From: Octopus sinensis
Lineage: Eukaryota
Length of the DNA: 64,000 nucleotides
Direction: 5' to 3'
Assembly: GCF_006345805.1 (NCBI RefSeq)
Contig: NC_043002.1
Coordinates: forward strand, 42,842,001 to 42,906,000
The position numbers and the translations under genes are program-made. Below the pieces are notes generated by a model. It ran no database searches. It was not told where the DNA came from and saw nothing but the letters and a program-made list of their open reading frames with translations. This document shows positions 52,557-64,000 of this stretch, piece by piece (within the stretch, counting starts at the first letter, position 1; each line of letters opens with the position of its first letter).

Positions 52557-53086
52557 CTGTGAAAATAAAGAATATTTACAGATTTCTCAAACAACACAAG
52601 TTTATCATGGCCATCAGTTTAACAACAAATGCAAAACTCAAGAATTAGTAATTAGCCTAATGTTCTTTGAACATTCTAACCCTTTCGATACCAACCTACT
52701 CAAGGTTGATCCTGGATCTAGGATTCAAGTGTTCATTGTTAAATTGATCTACATTAAAACTTATGATCATAATTCCATTTTATGTGCCCAAAACCAGATA
52801 AATAATGACAAAATTATTTTACTAAATTCATCATTTTTGAAATTAAGTGAATCAAAGGCAGTGCATTTTAAGGGAAATATGATAACAAAAGGTTTAAATG
52901 TCAATCAAGTTACTTAGAAAAGTGTGAACTGATCATTTTTTTTACAGTTATATATGGATGTGTAAGTACAAGTGAGTATTTATGAATACCACAGTTGTAG
53001 CTGCTGCCATGAGTTTTTTTCTCAAGCATAATTCAAACACAGCTTTCTATTAATTATATTATTGCCTTTTATTCCACCTTCTAAGT

Positions 53087-53440
53087 CAGTGGTTTTCAAC
53101 TGGGGGTCAATATAAGATTTTGGGGGATCCACACAAGCAAAATAGTAAATTAAGAATCCACAATAGTATTTTAAGAATCCATGAAAAAATTTTTGATTTG
53201 GATGTATTTAATGCAAGAAACAGCTAGGTTCCTTTCTCTAATGTTTTACATAGTTTAACATGTTTCCAGCTACTGTAACATATTCTCTCAGTGAGTGCTA
53301 TTATAAACCTACACAAATGAACATGTGACAAACAAAATAGAAATTTTGAAAGAAGTATCTATAAGACTAGTTTTTAAACACTAAATGGCTATGGGGTTTC
53401 ACCATAGCTGTCAAAGGGATTCATAGATAAACAACCCCTG
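53087..53440. mobile_element. hAT-type MITE
   Basis: Ends CAGTGGTT... / ...AACCCCTG. 8-bp TSD with one mismatch (ttctaagt / ttttaagt). Confidence 0.65.
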
Positions 53441-54011
53441 TTTTAAGTCATAGTAGGCCCTATCATGAATGACCATGGGATTGCACCTAGAAAGTTACAC
53501 TCCAAGCCACAAGTCTGGGCAAGGTTGTTCATGAAAGGCCAGCAGTCACCTATTCATACCAGCCTCTCCTCTCCATGCCACCAATATTATCCAAGAGAAA
53601 GGTAAAGGCTGATACAACTTGGCACTAGTGACATCACAATCCATTTCTACAGCTCAGTGAACTGGAGCAATATAAATAAATATATTTAAAGAAAATAATT
53701 ATAATTTAATAAATATATTTAAAGGAAATAATTATAATTTTTCCCTTTTTGAGGTTTTTCACACTGATTACTTCATAAATTCTTATAAAGATTTTATCCA
53801 ATTTTTAAATTTATATTTATTTTGGTATTTATGGGAGCAACTGTCTTCGAAGACTCATATTGTCATTGATTGCTCGAAATGGGGAGTAGATAGACAGCCG
53901 GAAACTGATGAAGGGTCATTCTTTGTATTACTTGTCCTTTTTTTTTCTTGCTATTTGCGTATTTAACTCATTTGTTTGTGTATTTCTTGTTGTTTATTGT
54001 TGGTGACGTCC

Positions 54012-54073
<62 letters not shown>

Positions 54074-56805
54074 TTATATTATATACACACACACACATAT
54101 ATATATAAAACCATAAAATCAGGAGGTATGAGAGGTGAATATATATATATTTATTTAACCAGATGACTTCCATGGGGCCACAGCCATTTTCACAACCTGT
54201 AAGCTGAGGCCCTAAGAAGAGCTTTCTGTGACAGCCACAGGATTCTCTGAATCCACATTTTTTTATCTTGGTATTGAGCACTTTTTCTCTTTCTCTTTCC
54301 TCTCAGTTCTTTTTTTCTATTCATTTTCTTTCCTTTGATATAAGGTATCACCCATAATGTCAGATTCTCATCTGTTACTTCCTTTGGCTTATTAAGCTTT
54401 ATGCTCACATTTTTGTCTGCCATGTTTTCATGTCTCCCCACCACACACACACTTTACAATTCAGGCACATGCTTTCACTTGTGCGATTCTGCATAGCATT
54501 TTTTTGTTGCTTTTAATTGCGATTTTTTTATGTGTTTCCTCTTTACCTCATAAACCTTCTTGTATTATTTGTGTGATTTTTACCTACTCACATGTAAATA
54601 CTTTTGGTTTAGTCATTAGAAAGATATACTTGTCATTCAACTATTTGAGATATAATTTCATTTTTCAAAAGAACTAAATATATATTTTTTTAATTGTGTG
54701 ACTAACTTCACAAAAAGCACAAATTAAGTTTTGTGTCATCTATTTCTATGCATATCATTGTCGATTGTATACTTCTCTGTTTGTTTGCCTCAGTGAAAAA
54801 TTTGAGTGAGGGGTTCTCAGTTTTCATTTTATGCATATCAGTATCAAATACTTTTGAATTTGAAATTTTGTCAATTAACTTAATCATCTCCATGCTTCAG
54901 TGCATTCAATCAGGATATATACCATGGCCATCCAGGTTTTATTTTCAGCAACAGACATTTCCAAAGAATACTTCCTGAGTATTAACATGCATGTATTTAA
55001 TGTAACAAAAACAAAAAGAACCCTTAACCCTTTTGATACCAAACTGCCCATGACTGCCCATGGATCTATGTTATAGACTTTCTATTTTAACCCTTTATTC
55101 TACCAGTTTTATGATCAAACCAGACAAAGCTGATCTCTCACACCTACTCTACAATGTCATTCTAAAAATAAACAATCACATCACTGAACTCTTTAAGCTG
55201 AACTCTCAAATCAATATGAATAAATAGGTATTAGATTTGACAGAAAAAATGAAAACTAAATAGTTAAAGTGAACTAAATTTCATTTTAATTTATATTGTA
55301 AACTCCAGTTCAAAAATGATAAAGTAGACAGTATCAATGTTATGATCAGAAAGCTAGGATTCCTTTCTAAAAGAAGAAGGGAAAATTAGGCTTCAGTACT
55401 GAGTCATACAAGCAAAATTACAAAGTAAATTCTTTGTTTCATGTATTTACAAATACTGGTTATTTGCAATCCTGGTTACAAATAAACAATATTTCCAAAG
55501 CTGGAAGCAGCCTGTCTGTGTGTGCATGTGCACATGCACTTGTGTCATGATATTTGTTTGCAAGCTGTGTAGGTGGTGTTACCATATTAATAATGTGTTC
55601 ATATCTGCCACAAAAACATGTTTGACTGTCTGAGCACTGTGTAAGCAATGTCACTACATAAAACAGTGTCTTTGTTTATATCTGTTACAAATACAGGTTT
55701 GGTCATTGAAATAGTTAGTCATTCAAAAACCCAGATGAAATAATACCACATTTGGAAACGAGATGGTAGTAGGCAGAGCATCCAACCATGGCAAAATTGC
55801 TTTAAACCTTCTGAATATTCTGAATACTCAGTCAAATGTAATACTTATTTATTAAAAGTGCTTTGAATTAATTATAGACTATCTTGTATCTTCAAGATAT
55901 CAATGATGTGATTATTTATTTCTCTCACACTTACCCTACAATGTCAATGTAGGGTAGGTGTGAGAGGCCAGGGCAGATACAGCTGGTATGTCGATGGTAT
56001 GCTTAAGATTTAAGTCTCATATAACTCCTGCTAGCATAGAAAAATGTGGATGTTAAAATAAATATTATGATGATGGCTACAGCAATCAGTAAGTGAAAAG
56101 AAAACCATTTCATCCAAGGGCATAAAATGAAAACCTCCAAGCATCATTACTAAAGCAAGTATAAGAAACATCATCATCATTTAATGTCTGTTTTTGTTTT
56201 CCAAGCTGGCATAGGTTAGATGGTTTGACTGGAACTGCTAAGCCAGAGACCTGCACCAAGCTCCAGTTTGATTTTGGCTTGGTTTCTACAGCTTCCTAAT
56301 GCTAACCACTTCACAGAGTGTACCAAATTTCTAATACATTAATTACAAAATAAAAATTCTTTCAGGAATGGCAAGAATCTAGAGAACCAGAGACTTACTG
56401 TTTTAGGTTGTTTTTTTATTTTTTACCATTTCATCAGAAGTATTAAGAGGTTGAGACTCAAAGTTACTCTTGGATAAGAGATTAAGCTATTACAGTTTTC
56501 GTTCTCAGAAAGCTTTGATACAAAAGTCATCCACACCATTAAGTAAACTAAGGTATATCAAATTGAATATCCTATCCAGAGAAAACAAATTTTTTCTTGT
56601 AATAATGAACTTAAAACAAAAGCTTTGTCATTCAATATCTCATTCATCTACCCATCAATTTCACTTCTCCAATTACAAATAGATAATACCTTAAATAAAC
56701 AGAGAAGAAAGGCAATAAAGAAAGGTACCAAAGCAGTGACCAGACAGTCAGAAGTTCAAACTTAACAGTGCAATGCTTTTGAGGAATGCAGATAATTTTG
56801 CTTAC

Positions 56806-56814
56806 CCCAGTTAG
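56806..56814 (-). CDS. Candidate 9-nt microexon (CTAACTGGG, Leu-Thr-Gly) inside the PH domain
   Basis: ~30-nt U-rich tract ending tttttttatAG, 9 nt, then GGG|GTAAGC. Lies in a phase 0 intron, so inclusion keeps the frame. No transcript evidence. Confidence 0.35.
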
Positions 56815-57339
56815 CTATAAAAAAAAATAAAAAATAAAAAATAAAAAAGGAGAGGTTCCATTTCTACAGCATGGTTGAATGGTAAGCAGAAGAAAGAGCA
56901 TCAAGCTGTAAAATTAATTGCTGAATGACAAGGACTTATGATAACAAACAGCAAAACTCAACTAGTTTCACATCCTTATGGCATATTAGGATCCAGAGAG
57001 AAAAAGAGAGAAAGGTGTAGTAGTAATAATAGTAGTAGTAGTAGTGGTATTAGTGGTGGTAGTTATAAAGGATCAAAGGTCCTGCTTGAGCTCAAAAGTT
57101 CAGTTTCTGGATTCTGTAGTATATATATATATATTTCACCCCTGGATGGGATACCAGTTGGTTGTAGGACTTTTTTTGCTAGCTGAGCGAACTTGAGCAA
57201 CACGAAATGAAGTGTTTTGTTCAAAAACAGGATGTATCACTTGATCCAGGAATCAAAACCACAATCTTACAACACCCAAACCACTAAGCCATGAACTTTC
57301 ATCGTCATAGTAGTAGCAGTAGTAGTAGTAAAGTGTTAC

Positions 57340-57496
57340 CTTCGTAGTTATTTGGAACATGAACTGTCTGCCAGGCAAAGGGTCACTGGTAGTAACAATA
57401 TGGCTTCCATTCAAATCAATGCAATCTATCGATGTAGATTGAGTTTCATATTTTGGATAGCAATACAAGACATTCCCTTTCAGAACAAACCAGAAT
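57340..57496 (-). CDS. PH-domain/coiled-coil protein, first exon visible here (PH beta strands: FWFVLKGNVLYCYPKYETQSTSIDCIDLNGSHIVTTSDPLPGRQFMFQITTK)
   Basis: Acceptor tttgtctttatttccAG and donor AAG|GTAACA. 157 nt = 1 nt + 52 codons. The FWFVLKGNVLYCY...IDL...FMFQI pattern is typical of PH strands beta2-beta6. Confidence 0.9.
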
Positions 57497-59879
57497 CTGG
57501 AAATAAAGACAAATAACACTTTATACCAGGTTAAATAAATGTGTGTGTGTGTGTGTGTGTGTGCATTTATTTCCTGTGATTCACCAAGAAGCAATAAATT
57601 ATAGGATTCAACACACAAATCATATACCTCTTACCCGTTTCCTTCATTGGACTGTGGTCATGCTGGAGTACCACCTTGAAGGGTTTTAATCAAACAGATC
57701 AACCCTGGAACTTATTTTTTAGTCTGGTATTTATTCCATCGGTCTCTTTTGCTGAACCAATAAGTTACAGACACATAAATGAACCAAATCAAATTTGGGC
57801 ATGAGGGGAAAAACACAGGCACAAAGACAAACACCACACACACACACATACACACACACATGAAATGCTTCCATATAATTTCCATCAACCAAATTCACTC
57901 ACAGTAGTATTCATTGCCTTGAGGTTTATAGTTGAAAACACATGTCCAAGGGCTCACATGACTCTAGTCTTTAACCTTTAGCACACTGTAGGTGCATCTT
58001 GTCACTGTATAAGTTATTTCCCCTGTAGCAGTAACAAGGCAGTGGCAGGAGAAACAGTTCTAGAGAAAATGGAGTATGCTAAAGGTTAATATATTTTAAC
58101 TGAAAAGCTCTAAATTTCTTTTCTTATTGTTGGTAATCTGAGACGAATAAATTATCAAATGTTTAAATTTTCTTGATGGGTTTCATATATTTCAAATTAT
58201 ATTAAAATAAGAGGAAAGAGGTTCAAACTAACAGTTATGAAACTAAAACTGAGTGCAATCGAATCCTTTCAGCTACATGTGTGTGCATGTGAACATATAT
58301 ACCATTTTTTTATCTTCAACTGGTTTCATTCATTTGACTGTAGCCATGCTGGAATAGTCAAACAGATTGACCCCAGGATTTTTGTTTTTAAAGCTTAGTA
58401 CTTATTCCATCAGTCTCTTTTTCTGAATTAGTAAGTTATGGGGATGTAAACTCACCAACACCAGTTGTCAAGCAGGGGTGGGGGACAAACACACACACAC
58501 ATATGACAGGCTTCATTCAGTTTCTGTCAATCAAATCCACTAACCAGGTTCTGATCAGCCCAAGACTATAGAAGGCATCTGCCCAAGGTACAGCACAGTG
58601 AGACTGAACCCAGTACCATGTGGTTGGGAAGCATACTTGTTTCCACATGGCCCAACCCATATATAATTTGTATATATGTATGTATACATGTGTGGGTGCA
58701 CACAAATATATGTGTGTGTGTATATATGCACATCCTACAGTACAACATTAGCAGTTTTTCCAAAGCCATGGGTGAAAATCACTTCTGTCACCATAGCCAG
58801 GTCTTGAGGCCCGTGGCAAATACTATCTGTAAATGAATTAGCAATGGTAAACATCTTCACCGAATAAAGTCTATCATTTTCATGTTGAGGAAAGACTGAC
58901 ATCAGCCACCACAATCAAATTCTAGAGCCTGTGACCAATGGCACAAAACAGGAAGCTGAAGACCTGGTGAAGAAACCAAAGTTTCTGGAAACCACTGCCT
59001 TAACATCATTAAATCAAACTTGATGCTGATCTTAGAAACTTCCAAGCAGGTAATTATACTAGAACTCTCAACTTGCTGAGACGACCATATTGAGGATCAT
59101 CATCATCATCATCATCATCATCATCGTTTAACGTCCGCTTTCCATGCTAGCATGGGTTGGACAGTTCAACTGGGGTCTGGGAAGCCAGAAGGCTGCATCA
59201 GGCCCAGTCTGATCTGGCAGTGTTTCTACAACTGGATGCCCTTTCTAACGCCAACCACTCTGTGAGTGTAGTGAGTGCTTTTTTTGTGCCACCGGCACAG
59301 GTGCCAGACGTGGCTGGCAAACGGCTACGATCGGATGGTGCTTTTTACGTGCCACCGGCATGGAGACACAAAATACTGAGGTAAATATGTCTGATGGAAG
59401 TGTGCCAAAAACGTTAGAAAAATGGTGATAGCATGTCAGGTGTGATCTAACAGAGGTATGATACAAACAGAATATTACAGAGGTAAATAGTCAAAAGTTA
59501 GCCTTAAAGGTAGCAAGAGTTGCTTTAACCCTTTTGTTACCAAATCTCTGTTGTAATAGACTGCCTTTTGGTTCAATTGCTTTTGAAAATAATGAAGAAT
59601 TTAATGAAATAACTTTGTCGTCATTAAGCAGGTGTCTGGAACATAAGCTAAATTTTGGTGGAAGGTTTTAATCAAAAATGAAATTTGTATTATAGAATGA
59701 GGAGCCATCTCAGGTGGGTTAGTATCAAAAGAGCTCATGTGGTATGGATAAGAGAACCTAAGTCATGGAATAATTAGTGCTGCCTAAACACAAGTTGAGA
59801 TTTAAACAACTCCAGTTCTATCACTTGGTGGGAGTGTCCAATTGTTGAAAGAAAAACCCAATATTTCAGATGGCATCAC

Positions 59880-60290
59880 TGATGTAACCAGACACACCAC
59901 AAGATGATGTGTGAACAAAACTTTGTAGCTTCTCAGTTGTAGGTTTTGCTTGCCAGTCTGAAATTTCATCTGTAAATTTTCAATAGATCCAGCTATGAGA
60001 GCTAGGTCATCAGTATGCAAGTGTTTCCACAATAAGTCTTAAACTCTTCTGTTATAACCTGGAGAACTATAATAAACAAAGAGGACGGCAAAACGAGCCT
60101 TGATGGATAACTACTAGCATTATAAATTCATAGCTTTATTAATGAGCACATGAGTATAGAGAGTAAAACAATCAAATGCCTTTTCCAGGTTCACAAATGT
60201 TAAATAGAGTGATTTCTTCCAAGCTAACTAATCCACCCAAATTTAACGCACTAGAAAAGAAGCACTGGTAGTACAATGACCTTGCACTCT
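59880..60290 (-). pseudogene. Old RTE-like LINE reverse transcriptase fragment
   Basis: LYLTFVNLEKAFD and LHTDDLALIAGSIENLQMKFQ (decayed YADD) on the minus strand. Confidence 0.75.
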
Positions 60291-60592
60291 TTCAGAGTGC
60301 ACCTCACCAGAGCTATTTTTTAATCATTATATATAGATACACACACATATACATATATATAGTTTTTATCTTATATTAAACTTTTTAATACTTTTTGATA
60401 ATATATATATATATATATTTTTTTAAATAAATAAATAAAATAATAAATATAAATAGATATAATATTTTAAATTTTTAAATTTTATATTTTATACATTTTG
60501 CATATTATATTAATTATTTTTATGTTTTGGTTTATATTTTTCACTGTTTGATTTGCCTAATAGTGGCTTTATCTCTAATTTAATTTAATTTA

Positions 60593-60681
<89 letters not shown>

Positions 60682-63600
60682 CACACACAAGCATAGATAC
60701 ATATATATGCCTACCCACAGACACACACATACACACAAACAGGCTTATGCACTACTTTCATGTACCAAAATCCATTTATAAGTTATTGGTCTACCTGATG
60801 TCATGGAAGACAGCAAAGCAAATTATTATTCCACCATACTGCCACACTGGTCCCTATTCTTACTATACATATTTATTTTTAACTGACTTGTTTTTTCATT
60901 TTGTGCATGAAAGTGAAATATGAACAACTGTTGAAGACTAAGTATCTTACACAGAGCAGAGAAGATGGAGGGGAAGCAGGTGAACATATGTTTTGTTAAA
61001 TGTGCCAGTAGAATATGAGAACTGCTGAGCACAAATGGATTGAAGGAATATTTGGATGCCAAAAGCATTGGGTGGAATATACACATATATAGGGGCAGGT
61101 ATGGCTGTGTGATAAAGAGCATGCTTCCTAACCACATGGTTTCAGGTTCAGTCCCACTGCACAGTACCTTGGGCAAGTGACTTCTACCATAGACTCTGGC
61201 CAACCAGAGTGTGAGTGGATTTGGTAGACAGAAACTGAAAGAAGCTGGTAGAAAGAAGATTTGTCCTTGTTTGTCCCCTCTGTGTGTAGCCCCTTGAGGG
61301 CAGTAAAGAAATAAGAAACTGAAAGAAGCTTGTTATGCGAGTGGGTATGTGTTTGTATCTCTGTTTGTCTCCTGCCACTGCTTGGCAACCAGTGTTGGCA
61401 TGTTTACATCCCCATAACTTAATGATTCAACAAAAGAGAATGATAAAATAAGGACTAGGCTTAAAATTTTTTTTTAAATAATTCATTTGACTAAAAATTA
61501 AAGGCCACACTCTAATCACTGAAACAAACAAAGTGTGTATGTGTGTGTGTGTGTCTGTCTGTCTGTCTGTGTGTGCGTAGAGGAGGGAGAGAGAAAGTTG
61601 AGTGCACTCGTATGAACACTCAATGCACATTGCATAACAATACCTACTTGGTAAAAACAAATGTGTGTGGCGTAAGATTAACAGAAAGAAGAGAAATCTT
61701 AAAGGGGCAGGTATGGTGAAAAGCAGAGAGATTGGAATTTGAGAATGTTGGCTGTGATTGACAGTTTAGACAAAACAGATTAGGGTTAGCAAGCTGAAAT
61801 ACATACGCAGTCACAGCAATGTCACAAACACATGACAATGCCATAGAAAAACGTGGACCTCAATAAGTGTCCCTAATGATGGTGATGACGACAATGATAG
61901 TGATGGTGCGAACAGCATTGATGACACTTCTTGTTCTTTTTACTGGATTCAGCCATTGCACTGAGGCCATACTAGAGCACTGTCACCAAGAGTTTTAGAT
62001 TGATCATATCAGCACCAACCACTCCAGTACTGTTTCAATCTGTACTTACTTCACCAATCTTTATTCATTAATCGTTAAGTTTTTACTTTTGGAGGAGTGA
62101 AGAAACAAAACTCAACACACATATCTACATCAGTAAGCAAACAATTACACAATTTTATACACTTAAATACAAACACACAAACATACATACATACAAGGGG
62201 GTGCATAAAGCTCCTGGTTTTAAGTATGTTACAAAAGGCCTCATTGGAAGTCCAGCCTTCAAAGTTCTTTTATAGGGTGTAGAAAAACTGATGGACCACT
62301 GCAATAAATGTGAATCTGAGACAAGAATATGTTAAATAAAATCATAATTAACTGATCCTCCTGTATTTTCTTTTGCCCAAAACCAGAAACTTTTCAGCAT
62401 CCACTTAGGTGTGTGTTTGTGTGTGTATTTATAAATCATAACCATCACACACAAGCAAGTATGACTGGATAACATGTGTTATCCCTTAGCAGATTGTTTA
62501 ATATACCTAGCTACATGTGAGCACATATAGACAGCCCTTTGACCTCCTTTAACACAGTCAACCCCCCAATCTTATGATCATGACCCAAACACGATGGTTC
62601 ATACCTATTTATATATCATTTAACATCCACTTTTCCTTGCTTGTTTAGGTCAGGCCAGAAGCCGATTTTTTTATGGCTGGATTCCTTTCCCATCATCAAC
62701 ACTCATTTGTTTCTAACCAAGGTAAAATTCTCCCATAGCAAGACGTTTTTCATGGAAGACTAGATAAAAAAAACAACCTCAGCTGTGTGACAATGATGTT
62801 CATTTACAACCATCATGTACTGTCTAGATAAGGGCACTCACTAACATATTATGCACAAACATACATCCACCAGTCTCTCTATTATACTATAACCTCTCAT
62901 CTGGCACAAAGCCATTTCCTGCAATTCCACTTCCTCTCCCAGGTGAAGAGTCTTCATCTTACAAGTTACTTGGTAACTCCATTGGGATCAGTGCCACATA
63001 AAAAGTACCAGTGCTGGTACCACATAAAAAGCACCTAGTACACTCTGTAAAAAGGTTGGTGTTAGAAAAGGCATCAGGTTGTAGAAATCATACCAAAACA
63101 AACAATGGAGCCTGGTGCAGCTCTCCAACTTGCCAGCTCCTGTCAAACCATCTAACCCATGCCAGCGTAGAAGACAGACATTAAATGACGATGATGATAG
63201 TACATATACATATGACAGCTTCTTTCAGGCTCTCTCAATCAAATCCACTCACAGAAGCTTTGGTCAGCCCATGACTATAGTAGAAGACACTTGTCAAAGG
63301 TATCATGCAGTAGGGCTGAACGCAAGACTATACTGTTGGGAAGAAAGCTTCTAAACCATACAGCCACACCTGTGTTTATATGAGAGATTTCTATGTGATT
63401 TCCATCAACCACATTCACTCAAGGGTTTGGTTACTGGGAGAGCATAGAAAACACTAGCCCAAATTACTATACAATGGGACTGAACCCAAAACAACACTTT
63501 TGCAAGGCAAACTTCTCAACTATGCAGTCATGCATGCACCTACTTTTTTTTCTTTCTTGTTTTATTCATAAGACTGAAGGCATGCTAGGGCACCACCTTG

Positions 63601-64000
63601 AAGAATTTTAGTCAAACTAATCAACCCCAGTACTTATTTTCTTTTAAGTCTGCTACTTATACTATCTGGAGGCGCAATGGCCCAGTGGTTAGGGCAGCAG
63701 ACTCACAGCTGGAGGATCGCAGTTTCAATTCCCAGACCGAGCATCGTGTGTGTTTATTGAGCAAAACACCTAAAAGCTCCATGAGGCTCCGGCAAGGGGG
63801 GGGGGGGGGCAACCCCTGTTGTACTCTTTCACCACAACTTTCTCTCACTCTATTTTCCTGTTTCTTGAGTAACGCTACGATGGACTGGCGTCCCGTCCAG
63901 CTGAGGGGAACACATACGCTACAAAAACCGGGAGACCGAGCCCATGAGCCTGGCTAAGCTTGAAAAGGGTGACGTTTATCGTTTTACTTATACTATTGGT

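Noticed and set aside
54190-55654. Minus-strand ORFs at 54190-54450, 54708-54893 and 55460-55654
   Set aside because: They lie in the intron splitting the PH domain, lack convincing phase 0-0 splice pairs, and would disrupt the domain.
56399-56486. Strong minus-strand GTAAGT donor at 56393-56398 within the PH intron
   Set aside because: All three frames upstream hit stops close to the donor, and the acceptor context is poor.
58768-58830. IVFATGLKTWLW as the missing PH N-terminal exon
   Set aside because: The frame ends in TGA, and the available donors produce a stop when joined to the 57496 exon.
61960-62100. Minus-strand GTAAGT donor with an upstream acceptor near 62045-62085
   Set aside because: Stops in all frames, and the motif overlaps a decayed SINE gtacttatt segment.

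Overview
AT-rich, microsatellite-dense animal nuclear DNA. The SINE families and repeat landscape fit an octopus/coleoid cephalopod; this is inferred from recalled repeat families, not from a search. There is one 100-N assembly gap at 26269-26368. The only supportable host gene is on the minus strand: six exons between 57496 and 39112 splice in frame with canonical GT/AG sites into about 410 aa of a PH-domain plus coiled-coil protein. Its 5' exons were not found and probably lie beyond the window. A candidate 9-nt microexon sits inside the PH domain. The rest is mobile DNA: at least four SINE families, a full-length but dead Tc1, a 5'-truncated RTE LINE with a TSD, a Helitron helicase and 3' end, L1/Tx1-, R4/Dong- and RTE-like fragments, mariner fragments and several MITEs. 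The most striking non-coding signal is a cluster of minimal hammerhead-ribozyme (HHR) motifs between 1.6 and 15.4 kb, of the Penelope-like/retrozyme type. It includes a 559-bp tandem/inverted repeat with one HHR per unit and ~480-bp palindromes folded exactly on an HHR stem II. Almost all ORFs in the supplied track are microsatellite or SINE artefacts.
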